NCBI GenBank assembly: GCA_951406725.2
Contig: OX597838.1
Coordinates: forward strand, 1,178,001-1,242,000
From: Octopus vulgaris
Lineage: Eukaryota
Direction: 5' to 3'
DNA: 64,000 nucleotides
A model generated the notes under the pieces. It saw only the letters and a list, made by a program, of their open reading frames with translations, did not search any database and was not told the DNA's origin. Below are positions 25,546 through 38,157 of this stretch, piece after piece (within the stretch, counting starts at the first letter, position 1; every line of letters begins with the position of its first letter). The position numbers and the translations under genes were made by a program.

Positions 25546-26366
25546 GTGAGTGCTACTGACCATTCCTTGTGACAAAGCCATCATGGTCATTACCGTGGAG
25601 CATGGCCATGCTCACCAGTTGTTCCGGGGTGGGTGGCCCACCACCCCTCCTCCTCCTTCTTCTGTTGCTTAATCCATATCCATTTTTTAAATTTCATTTC
25701 CTATTTTATCTTGTTTTTTTTTTTTCGTTTCTTCATATTTAATTAAAAATGTGATCTGTTGTAGAATTAATTGACTGCAGAAATAAAGCACATGCTGTCC
25801 ATATACTTCTATTCCCCCTCCCCCCCCACCTCATAATTCTGACCACTTCTGTAACATACATTCTTAACTCTTTCCATTATTTACAGCCTCTCCCCTTTTT
25901 ACATGATGACCACTCCTACTGATGGACTCCTGGATTCAACCCCTCTCGTCCCCTCGCCTTGTATTGTATTTGTCTTTTATAGATTCTCATCACTTCATCT
26001 ACCACCCCCTCCCCTGCAACCTAGATATTACACCTCCTCTTCCTCCATCCTCCACTACTGACACCATCTTTCCCCCTCCTCCATCTCCCCCACATCCTAT
26101 ACTTCATTCATTTTCTTATCCACAATTTTTCATCCCAGACAAGAAGACCTGTCTATACTCCCCCTCCCTCTCTCTCTCTCCTTTCCTCCCTCCCTCCTTG
26201 GAACAGGATAAATGTCCAAAAGGTTAGAGTATTACATGGTTTGCTTCCCAACCAAATGGTTCCATGTTCAGTCCCCCTGTGTGCTACCTTTTCGCAAGCC
26301 CTGAGCCTTCCAATGTCTTATGAATGGATTTGGTAGATGGAAACTGAAAGAAACCCATCATATATA

Positions 26367-26449
<83 letters not shown>

Positions 26450-26777
26450 GGTTGTGTGGTAAGAAGTTTGCTTCCTAACCACATGGTTCTGGGTTCAGTC
26501 CCACTGTGTTGTACATTGCGCAAGTATCTTCTACTATGGCCATTCTGACCAAAGACTTGTGAGTGGATTTTGTAGATGGAAACTGAAAGAAGCCCATCGT
26601 ATATATTCATATATATATATATATATATATATTTAGTTCAAATGTACAGAAAACAAAAGACAAAGACAGGTGAGGGGACTACAAGCAGGTGTATTAGTGT
26701 TTGGTGCTTGGGGAGAATGGAAAAGTCTTTGATGTTTTGAGACTATGCTCTTCAGCAGAAAAGGATGGGAGAAAGAA

Positions 26778-26823
<46 letters not shown>

Positions 26824-27198
26824 GTGTTGGGTTTAACATGTGTGTGTATGTGCGTGTACGTGAGGAGTCAGGCCAGCAAAGAGTGAAATATAAGGAGAGA
26901 TGGAAAAAAAATTGCCAAAAAGAAAGATAGGACTGTACAATAGAGGGAAAAGATTGGGGAAGGATTGAACAAAATTTATTGTGTTTGGGCGACATAGGAT
27001 ATGTATAGAGGCAGAGGTGTAGCTGTGCACTTTATCAAGTTTCCTTGGCAAACCATGTGGTTCTGGGATTGATCCCACTGCACAGCACTTTGTGTAAGTC
27101 TCTTCTGTTCTAGCCTTGGGTTCATTGATTGCTTCTCACTTCAATTTGGTTGAGAGAAACCATACAGAAACTTACACGTGCAAATGCATGTGTATGTA

Positions 27199-27251
<53 letters not shown>

Positions 27252-28186
27252 AGAATGTTTGCAATGCCAATCTCAGTGGTGCTGGAAGGCCTGTGGAAGC
27301 CATAGGCACTGACTACACCCAGCAAATAAAATATATGATGATGTGGGGTGGTGAAGCCAAAGTATACACACACACACACACACACAACTTGCTATTTCGT
27401 TGTAACCCTTTCTCTTTTGAGTTGAAACTCTGCAGGGTTCGGCCTTACTGTTCATCCTTCTATTATCAATAAAAGATCAATCAGGTCCTGGGGTCCTTAT
27501 TCCTAAAGAAGAAAAAACAAGAAAAACATTCTAAGGGCAGATTCGCATGAAATGTAATGACCCGTGGTAGTTTTACCAGTTCCATGCAACCTGGCAGTCT
27601 GATTCTATGCAATCCACTGAGGTGAACTTAGCCATTCCTCTTTCTGGAGTCAATAAACAAGGCACTTGTCATGTATTGGCGGAAGTGGTTGATTGTTTTC
27701 ATTCTCTCCCCGTTAAGGTTCATAAGAACCCCTCATTATCTTATTTTCTTCAGAGATGATGAAGGGTTGAGCATGGATGACCACCATCTTTTCTCATTGC
27801 GAAACGGATGACTGCATCTGTCCAAGGACAGATGCAAGTTGTTACCACAGAACGGAAATCGAAGAAAACAATGAAGATATAATCATTATTAGACATCTAT
27901 GCTGCTTCCTTTAAAATTGTGGCTTTTTGCCAAAGTCACAAGTCCTTTTCTTCTGACTTGTTACTGTGATTATTATTATTATTGTTGTTGTTTTTATATG
28001 GTGAGAGGTACAATGACTGTTATTTGCAACTGCCAAAGTAAAACACTTAATTCTACCTGCCCATGTATTCGTGTCTAATTAAAAATTCATTATTGCTAAT
28101 TAATTAATGCTATTGATGTTAATGAGTCTTATATGTTAACCTGTTAGTTAATTAATTAACCTTTTAATTCCATTCTTCTATTTCAG

Positions 28187-28760
28187 TCTGTTTACCTTGG
28201 CTCTCCCGTTGTACTTTTGTGTGGACAAGACTGGACATAACTGCACTCTGTCTCCGTTGTAACTGGACGACATGGACATTACGCTGGACTCACAGCTCTC
28301 ACGGAACACCTACCACAGCAGCAGCAGCAGCGGCAGTTGTTGTTGTTGTTAGCCTTGACTACAACTGACTGCTGTTGCTGCTGCTGCTGCTAACACAGCA
28401 GTAACAACAACATCATCAACAGTAGTACCATCATCATAAACCAGATTAATATTGTTCAGTCTTTCTTCCTCGACCTGCCCGCACCCCTCTAGTTTCAAAC
28501 ACCTACGTGACAGAAACACACACACACATACACATACACGCAACAGACTATGTAGACTTTGCCATCCTCTGGATTGCATCGATGAAGATTGGAAAGGATT
28601 GATTTCCCCAGCAACCCAACCTTGGCACAAATATTAAGAAGAGGAAGAGGTGGCACTGTGCCATGCACCAACCTGTTCCAGTTAATCGCTCCATTGCACA
28701 TGTCAACTGTTTTGGCTTCGCACATCATTTTACTTCATTGCTTTCAAATTAAAAAAAAAA
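28187..28760 (+). other. Candidate 5'-leader exon start (3' limit unknown; may run into the first coding exon)
   Basis: Strong acceptor CATTCTTCTATTTCAG at 28186, then unique sequence with CAG/GTT triplet runs and short ORFs. Confidence 0.4.
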
Positions 28761-29564
28761 TCAAGAAATAAACTTCAAAATAAACCGAAACCAAGCGCCA
28801 ACCCTCCCTCCACCCCAGAAAAGATTTTCTTTATATATTTAAGGTGTTTTCTTGGTTTCCCTAATTGTCTTGATGGATGTTAGAATGGTAAAATTTTAGG
28901 ATGGCCTTCACAGACACCTGTTAAAAAAGAAAAAATATTACCGTTTCTGAACTATATTTATTTGATTATTTAAAATCATTATTGGTGCTGTCCCTCCATT
29001 GCTCTAACACTTTTCGTCAACATACCTCTCTCAAGAACAGAACGAAATACCTCAACACACACACAAAACACAGACACAATCAAAATGAAAATACTAATGA
29101 AATAGTATTATCTACTACTACTATTACTACTACTACTGATAATGATGATGATGATATCTTGATATAGAAAATATAAAATGAAATTATTTCTCATAAATAA
29201 AAAAAAATAAAATATCTATTTTTCTTTACTTTCTTAAGAATTAGTGATTACATCTTTTAGAACCCCCCCCCATCCTTCAACCCCCCCCCCACCAATATCT
29301 ACTTAGCTGTTTGTCTGTCTGGTATCCCGCTCCTCTCCTTTCTATCCCAAGACTCACCTTATAGATTGCCAATAAGTAAGCTGCTATGGGGGTTGGCATA
29401 CACCCACCCCCCAGTGCTGCCAGCTCCACCACCATTTGCCAAAATATCTCTGACATTTCCACACACACACACTCACACAGATCTGATCAGCTGTCGTGTT
29501 AGCTTCGTGCTGTAACATTCAGGTGTATTTGGTTATTGATTCAACCAACAGCAACAGCAACAAC

Positions 29565-30215
29565 ATGACCCAGCAGACACCTTTAAATGTCACCTGGCCT
29601 TTGATAACAACAAAGACTTTACCAAAGCAGGTTGTCGCTGCCAAGAAAACCTATGGCTTTTGTGGTTCACGTTTGGATGCTTTGAGCGTTGCAAACGGTG
29701 TCCTTCAGAACGACTGTTTCATTGATGTTCTCAACATCATCCCACATTGCATATTCCTGCTGTTCAGTGTCCCAATATTGATAATATGGAGCAAATCTGT
29801 GATCGGAACTAAGAAAGTGAAAACATGGGTACATTTTCGAGTGCATGCCTTTCGTTGGGTGGTCACTCTTTTTCTGATTGGGGTGAACCTCATGGAAATT
29901 GCCGAGGGTTTGACTTCCGATGCCCATGACCCCGACTCTGTCAACTATCATGTTTTTATACCCCCTTGTGCTGCTCTCATTGGATCAGTTATGAGCATCA
30001 CATATTACCACAATGTTGAAATCTGGAACTCACCAGGATTCCTGCTCATCTTGCTCGGCTACTGGTCAGCTGCCTTTGTACTCCGAGTTTTCAAACTGAT
30101 CTCCCTCTACAGGAACAACATGGACTTCACTGATCTTCGACTTGACCTTACATGGGTTGTGACTGTTGTCTATGGTATCCTCATCTTTGTTGAAATGGAT
30201 GTACTCCGAGTACAG
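29565..30215 (+). CDS. ABCC8/9-like: Sulfonylurea receptor-like ABCC transporter (ABCC8/ABCC9-like), first coding exon, whole TMD0
   Basis: GFCGS...GVLQNDCFIDVLNIIPHCIFLLFSVPIL matches the SUR N-terminus; YYHNVE and LLxYW motifs; donor CAG|GTGAGT. Start at 29565 is inferred as the first in-frame ATG. Confidence 0.93.
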
Positions 30216-33124
30216 GTGAGTGTCATCATTTTTTTTGTTGTCAATGTGTTATATCATAGCCAGATTCTTATACAAATATATATATACATTCACACACACA
30301 CACAAAACATTTTATAACTTTATACATGCACACAAACAATCCTTTGGTTCTTTGGCAGATTCTGGCGTAAGGGTCTATAAAAGTTCCCATGCACAGACAA
30401 TCTGTCCCAAGTTCTTGTGTTATAGTCTCTAGAATTATGAATAGTAAAGGAGTGAAGACAGAGCCCTGTTAAGCATCTAGCTGTGCCCTAAATTCTTTAC
30501 TTTCAATCCTAAAAGCACCCTCATCCATGCCTTCCTTCTGTGGTGCCTGTCAGGACAACAAATTACAATATTTGAATTCCATTTAACCTGTTACAAGGTC
30601 AGTCTTTCCCAGTGTTTAGTAAATACTCTTGTTTTATTCTGTGCTATATTTTGTGAAGTCCCATGGTCTATTGGTTAGGGTTTTTCACTCAAGATCACTA
30701 GAGTGTGGGTTCGATTCCCAGACCTGGCTGCATGCTGTGTTTTTGAGCAAAACACTTCATTTCACATTGTTCCAGTCCACTCAGCTGTAAATAGACTGGC
30801 CCTCTCACCAGGGGGCATGTTGGCCTGCTCACCTAGCCAGTGGGGTGGTGTTATTCAAAAGCTAAAACGGCTGCAAAAGTGCATTGTGACCAGTGATGTA
30901 TAACATCTGATAGTCTGGTCAATCATGTGACATTTTGTTAATTACTAATATCGTGGTCCAGACTGAACCACAAACTTTCTCCACTGTAGCAAGACTCATG
31001 ACTATTCACATACCAGTGGACTGACATAGCAATGGACTCACATAGCAATGTCTTTTCTTTAAACTAATTACAATATTTTAAAAGAAAATACAGATGAACT
31101 TTTTGCCACTTCTTTCTAGTGAATAGCTTTAGAGGCATTTTGTTAGAGTGAAACATTTCTTGTAGTGTACAGTTTTTATCATCTGGCTCTGATCATCATC
31201 ATCATCATCCTTGAATGAATGTTAAAAGATGATCTTCCAAATCTATTATAAATATGGACTGTATCATTGTTTGCATTAAATAAGGAATTTTGATCACCTT
31301 TCTTCAAAAGATGTTTTGTCACCATTTTCTCAGGGGATTTTCAACCCTTTTTTTCATTCCAAACTGCCTGAGGCCACTCTCGGTTGTATAATACAAACTT
31401 CCTGCATCGTATAACACTGATCTAAAAATCTTCCATCAAAATTTCCTGTTTGTGTTCCAAACACCAGCTGAATAACAACAATTTTATTTTACTAAATTCT
31501 TCATTATTTTCAAAATTGATTGAAACAAAATGTATTTCAAAAGAAAAATGGTAAGAAAAGGGTTCAGCCCAAAGTGCTTCAAACAGTTTGAAGAAATTCA
31601 TGTGTTATTCTTGAAATGTCTTGTAATGTTAGATTAAACTCCGACATCAGCTGGGAGAGTTACTCGTTAACGAATACAGCAAAATGCTGTGGATTATATT
31701 AACATTCAGGAACATTATTTTTGTTGTGAGTTAAATAGTTGCAGACAAAGGCGAGAACTTTGGACATGCTTTATGTCACCCATATTTTACTGGTTCCAGA
31801 GGAAATGGCCTTTTGTTGTGCTTTTCCTTTGTTAGTCTTTGTGATAATTCTAACATCATCATCACACACAGCTATTACTAAACACCACCAGACCCTGTCA
31901 CAAGCCAACCATCCTTATTGTTAACACCTACCACATGACGTATTGGAGGGCCCTATTAAAGGAGTTCCCCAAATCAAAAGTAGCAGATTTAGCATTACTG
32001 AAGACTGTGTCTTTGGATTATATTTTGTCACATTATTTGTTATAAAAATTGTTAACGACACCCTGTAGTTAGGTCTTGTGCCAAACAGGACAGATTTTTA
32101 ACTGACAAAACATGGTGTTCACATATATGTATGTGTGTATGTGCTTATGTATGTGTGTGTTCTTATGTATGTATGTGTACACATATTTGTCTGTGTTGTG
32201 TGTTTGTAAAATTGCTGTCATCCATACATACAGGCTTCTCCTTTACAGGTGCCAGTGTTAGGTAAATGCACCCCTTGTCATTGACATGTAAAACATACCC
32301 ATGTAAAGTGGTTGGCATTAGAAAGGGCATCCAGCCATACAAGCTATGCCACGACAGACAATTGGAGTCTGGACAGCTCCCGGCTGGCCAGCTCCATATC
32401 AAACCGTCCAACCCATGCCAGCATGGAAATCGGATGTTAGATGATGATGATGATGATATATCTCACCGTTTAATGTCCATTTCCCATGCTGGCATGGGTT
32501 GGACAGTTTGACAGGAGCTGGCCAGCCAGAGAGCTGCACCAGGCTCCAGTTATCTGTTTTAGCAAGGTTTCTATGGCTGGGATGCCTTTCCTGATGCCAA
32601 CCACTTTACAGAGTGGCACTGGGTGATTTTTATGTGGCACCCTCAGCAATGAGGTCACTGAATAATTTAGAAGATCCCTCAACTGAAGTGGGAGTAGTTT
32701 TGAGGGAAGTAATTTTGTGCCAGGTGATGAAAGGTTAGAGGATGAATAAAGGGACAGAAATAGGGGTCCTGTAGTAGAGGAGATACAGGGATACTTCAGT
32801 AGGAGAGAAAGAGAGAGAGAAATGAGATGGGGGTGGGGTGGGGTGTACACTGAAGTTATGGGGGGAGGTGTATATAAGTGGGACAAGGGATTGGAAAGGG
32901 TGAGTGTGTGGGTAAGTTCATGAGAGTGGGAGGTAGAGAGGAGAGAATGTAGTGAATGGACGCAAGTAGAAGGAGGTGGGGTGTTATGAGGATATATTGT
33001 GGGGGAGTGATTCAAGAGGGATACATTGTGTGTGGAGTAAGGTTTGCAAGGAGAGGGAGAGTGGGAGATAGAGGGGAAGGGAATACAGCGAGTGATGAAC
33101 TTGGGTAAGGGACTGGGGAAGGCT

Positions 33125-33345
33125 GTGAACTGGCAGAAATGTTAGCTGGGCAAAATGCTTAGCGGTATTTCATCTGCTGATACGTTCTAAGTTCAAATTC
33201 TGCCGAGGTCAACTTTGCCTTTCATCCTTTTGGGGTTGATAAATTAAGTACCAGTCATGCACTGGCGTCGATGTAATCAACTTATTCCATTTGTCTGTCC
33301 TTGTTTGTCCCCTCTACGTTTAGCCCTTGTGGGCAATAAAGAAAT
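33125..33345 (+). mobile_element. SINE family with GAGTTCAAATTC / CCTTTCATCCTTT-GGGGTTGATAAATTAAGTACCAG core; other copies at about 25130-25295, 43550-43730, 45420-45580(-), 46180-46400(-)
   Basis: At least five recognisable copies in the window. Confidence 0.8.
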
Positions 33346-33379
33346 AAAGGAACTGGGAAAGGGTTAGAAAGCTGGGTTG

Positions 33380-33800
33380 TGATTTTGCCTCTCCTTCAAA
33401 GTGAAAGGCCGATAGTATTGTGCTTGTGTATGAAGAGCCATGTTGCATGGCAGTGAAACATGGAGTGTGACTGCAGAGGACATGTGAAAGCTTGAAAGAA
33501 GTGAAGTTAGCAATGCTCCGATGGATGTGCAATGTCAGCATTCATGTATGGCAAAGTACAAATGTGTAGAAAAGAATTGGGTGTATGAAACATTAGATGT
33601 AATGGGCAAAAAAACTACTGTGCTGGTATGGTCATGTGATGTGTATGGATGAGGGCAGCTGCATTAAGAAGTGCCAATGGCTTAATGTGGATTGGAAGGG
33701 TTGGAAGAGGATGTTGGGACAAGGTGGTGGAAATTGACCTTCAGAGAAGATGAGGAAGGACTGAGATGATTGGCATTTTGCTGTGCTTGAGAAGACCCAT
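33380..33800 (+). mobile_element. Decayed RTE LINE 3' fragment
   Basis: MLHGSETW, MLRWMCNVS and WYGHVM remnants, same family as 5746-6720. Confidence 0.75.
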
Positions 33801-35044
33801 CCATCTTCTATAAAACCCTACAAGGCCCTAGAAGCATGATGTTTATATATATGCCCCTGCATGCAATCTATCCCTGACAAATCCCTCCTCCACAACTCAT
33901 CTTTCTAACACCTCCTCCCTCCCACTTGTGTTCTCTCACTGCAATCCTTTCCCCTCCTTCCATCTCCCTCCCTCCTTTCACACCCTCACAAACTTACCCA
34001 CCTGCTCACCCTCTGTGCCACATATATACTTCCCTGTAATTTGAGGGTTTAGTATACCCTAACATATCTTCATGATCTTTTTCTCTCTCCTCTATTTCTC
34101 TCCAACTGGGGTAGCCATGTCTCTCCTCAACAGCAAGGTCCCTATTTCTTTCCCTCTCTTCATACTCCAACCTCTAGTCCCCTGGCACAAAGTCGCCTCT
34201 CTCAATACTCACACGAAGGGTCTTATCTTGCAAAGTACTTGGTAACTTTGCTGGGTGCTTGTGCCATGTGAAACGGCACCCAGTGCACTCTGTACAGGGG
34301 TTGGTGTTAGGAAGGGCATCCAGCTGTAGAAACTATACCAAAGCTGACAGTGGAAGTTGGTGCAGTCTTCTGGCTTGCCAGCTCCTCTCAAACCATCTGA
34401 CCCATGCCAGCACAGAAATTGGACATTAAATGATATATGTGTGTGTGTGTGTGTGATCATCATTATCATCTTCTTTTATCGTCTGTTGTCCTTGCTGGCA
34501 TGGGTTGGATGGTTTGACCAGGGCTGGCAAGGCTGGAAGGTTGCATCAAGTTCCAGTTTGATTTGGCATGGTTTCTATGGTTGGATGCCCTTCCTATCAG
34601 CAACCACTTGGAGAGTGTAATGAGTGCTTCTATGTGCCACTGGCCCAGGTGCCAGTTGTGTGACACCATTATCTACCATGACTACAGTTTCACTTGGCCT
34701 GATGGGTCTTCTCAATGTGTGTGTGTGTGTGTGTGCGTGTGCATGTATGTATATATGTATATGGTTGTCTGTGTGTATGGTGGTTGGTTGTATTTGTTGT
34801 GTTTTAGTGCTGCTGGAAAGAAGGGAAACAGTTTTTTAGTCTCAAGTCAGCTCTGATCAAACAGTTGGCCTATGATAAGATATTTCACATAGGACCATCC
34901 CATCTTTTTCTAAGTTGGTAAGATGTAATTTGAGGGAATTTGACTGTTATTTCTATGTGCTTGAAGGACTACATTGAGGCACACTTGATTTAGCAGGGGC
35001 TACTTCAAGTACAGTTTCTCAGGTGATGGTAATAGTGGGGGCAT

Positions 35045-35185
35045 CTGTACATGCATTACACGGAGTGTTATGTTATCTGCATACGAGGTTGTATGTATGT
35101 GTTGTGGAGGTATGGAAAAGTTGCCAGGGTATAAGTTGAAAAGGGTGGGTGAGCGGGTGGATCCTTGCAAGAAAGTCTTGTTCAA
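35045..35185 (-). mobile_element. Non-LTR reverse transcriptase remnant
   Basis: LQGSTRSPTLFNLY...SYADNIT resembles PQGSxxSPxLFNxY...YADD. Confidence 0.7.
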
Positions 35186-37556
35186 TTTACAAGAAATCTT
35201 CCTCAATTATTTCCATTCCATCTTTAAAAAGAATGGTTAAAAATACTGGATAAATTGATACTGAATAACATGGCGGTGGTGTTGGTTAAGAGGTTATTGA
35301 CTTCAGAGAAGCTTGTTTCTCATTCAGGAAATTAATCTGCATGCGCGTGCATACACACACACACACATCATATAATAAACACACACATGCAGATACACAT
35401 TACACCGTACATACATACATTCCACATATGCGCATTAATGAAGGAACCTCATTCTGCTTGCTACAAATAACAGCTAAATCTCCCTCAAATCACCCCCCCC
35501 ACCACTACCATCTTAAAGAAGGATATGTATGATGTGATCCTATGTTGTGGGATAGTTTCTTCTTCAGCTGCCAACAGGAAATCATAATAATTTTGATACC
35601 TTCCAACTATATCCGTTCTTGTGCTGATGTTGAGTAACATAGATGCTGCCTAGGAATACATGGGTTCTTTCGGCCCAAATTGTAGCATTCCTTTTCCCCT
35701 CCCTCAGCCATACAAACACTACACCAAACAAGACAGGATTAATGAAGACTCCTGCACAATTGCACAACGATATACATGTAACCCATGGGGTAACTCTGGA
35801 CAATCCTTCATCATGTGGCAAGGAATTGTCCAGTGGTTGTCTCTGAAAGCTGTGGCAAGCTCGTTGGAGTGATGTTAAAGTTTACCCTTGGTACCTTGGA
35901 AAATGGTGGATTACAAAAATTGCAGAAATCCTGATGTATGCTGAGGAGGCTGATAATCTCTATGAAGTCATTAAGTCACTCTAAAGCCCCAGGAATTGTT
36001 CCATGGTACCCCTTTACTTATTGGAATTGCAATTCTCTAATGAAAGACCAGTCAGCAATGGAGTGGACACCTCAACCAGCTCCTAAATTGTAGACCCAAT
36101 AATCTTGTTGGAATTTTGTAAATTATACCATAATCCACCGTTAATGAGTCATCAATGTTAGGAGTTGGGTGGGGTGGGGTGCTGCTGCTGTCAAAATTAA
36201 ACAAAATCCCAGGAAATTTCCCTGGCTGAGGAACATTCTGCAGTGATCCTGAAGGAAAATGGTCCAATAGCTTTTAATTATCTATTTTTCTTTTACCTTT
36301 TATTTTTTTCAGTCATTAGTGGCCATGCTAGAGCACTGCCTGGAAGAAATTTTAGTCAAATGAATCAACCTCAGGACTTTTGCTGAACTGTTAAGTTACA
36401 GGGACATAAACACATCAACACCAGTTGTCAAGGGGAGGTGGGGGACAAACACGCATACATATATATACAGTGGGTTTCTTTCAGTTTCCATGTACCAAAT
36501 TCACTTGTAAGGCTTTGGTTAACCTGAGGCTACAGTAGAAGACACTTGCCCAAAGTGCCATGCAGTGGGATCGAACCTGGAACCATGTGGTTAGGAAGCT
36601 AGCTTCTTAGCTGACAACCACACCTGTGCCTACAATACAGCCACTACGCAAAACAAACAATGCAGAGCTGTTTGTTCCAACCGTAGAGCTACAGCTCTCT
36701 TGTTCATTGGCAGCCGTAGACTTAAAACTCAATTCCAACCAGCATCGGAAAATCTCTAACCCGAGTCAAAGGGACCGAGGCAGAGTTAACACGAGCGTCG
36801 TAACAAAGTAGCTTCGGCAGAAATGAGAATTGTTGCAAACAGCTTTGGAACCTGTTCACTTCTGTGGAATCGTCTACAAAAGTTTTGTTGTTTGTACAGG
36901 TTCAGGGATCTCTTCCTTTAGTTCCACATAAGGAAGATGGTTGTTGTTGGCAGACAGAGCTGTTCCATGTAAAAATGATAGGACAAGGCCTTATATTGGT
37001 CCCTCTATTATTTATTATTGTTTGTAGGACTCGGTCAAGACTTACTATCAACTTCCAATTTGATGAAAACTTTTTCTCCATTAAAAGAATACAGACCACC
37101 CCTGAGTTGAGATCGAAACAAAATCATCTGGTTACAGTACCCTGAAATCTGACAAGTGATTACCTCAGCGGGTCACCACAATTAGTCAAAAAAAAAAAAA
37201 AAAAAAAGAAAAAAGTGGGTCTGACATTGAATGTCCAGCAAACTGAGGTCATCTGTCAGTGGTGCCCTGCACTATCCCACCTCTCTCTCTTCCCCACTTT
37301 CTTGGTGCATCCGTTAACAACTAACCACAACTTTCTAATTCAGACACCTGGGTAGCATAATTTCCAATAAGTGCATACAAGATCAGGAAATTATAAATTG
37401 CCTCAGACATTCCTCTGGGAAGGCTAAGGAAGTGGGGGTTTTCTAAATAACTGTCTCAACCTCCAGACTAAGGTCCTCAACCACCGGTCATTTTGTGCTT
37501 CTACTTTCTTGTCTGGTTGTGACTCATACTTTATATACAGCCAACGCATAGACCTA

Positions 37557-37591
<35 letters not shown>

Positions 37592-37599
37592 TGGTAGTG

Positions 37600-37814
37600 G
37601 TATGTATGTATATGTGCAATGTGTATTATAAATAGAGTGTATTGAATAATTTGTGTGTGTGTGTAAAAGTATATGTGTGTATGTGCATGTGTACACACAC
37701 ACACAAACATATATGAGTGAGAGAAAAACTGTATTGCTTGAGTGGTGTGTATGTATGTATATGTGCAATGTGTATTATAAATAGAGTGTATTGAATAATT
37801 TGTGTGTGTGTGTA
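37600..37814 (+). repeat. About 65-bp direct duplication
   Basis: GTATGTATGTATATGTGCAATGTGTATTATAAATAGAGTGTATTGAATAATTTGTGTG at about 37600 and about 37749. Confidence 0.85.
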
Positions 37815-38053
37815 TATATATATATATATAGTGTGTATTGACTAATGTGTGTGTATATAAATATATATGTATATATATACACATACAGTATGTATTTTGT
37901 AATATTTGTATTTTATAATTAGACTCTGTTCAAAGTTGAACACAGCATATATCGTAGTGTGTGTGTATATATGTTTGTACAGATGTGGCTCTTCCTCTGT
38001 GTGTGTGCATGACTATATATATATATATATATATATCATCATCATCATGATCA

Positions 38054-38087
<34 letters not shown>

Positions 38088-38125
38088 TCATGCACGCACA
38101 CAGAGGAAGAGCCACATCTGTACAA

Positions 38126-38157
<32 letters not shown>

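Noticed and set aside
27754-27915. Good acceptor followed by a short Cys-rich ORF (MTTIFSHCETDDCICP...)
   Set aside because: No convincing donor and no recognisable homology.
28187-28261. uORF segment LPLYFC resembling the SUR N-terminal MPLAFC
   Set aside because: The similarity is too short and the ORF stops; probably chance.
35560-36270. Possible NeSL/R2-like RT remnants
   Set aside because: Too degenerate to assign.
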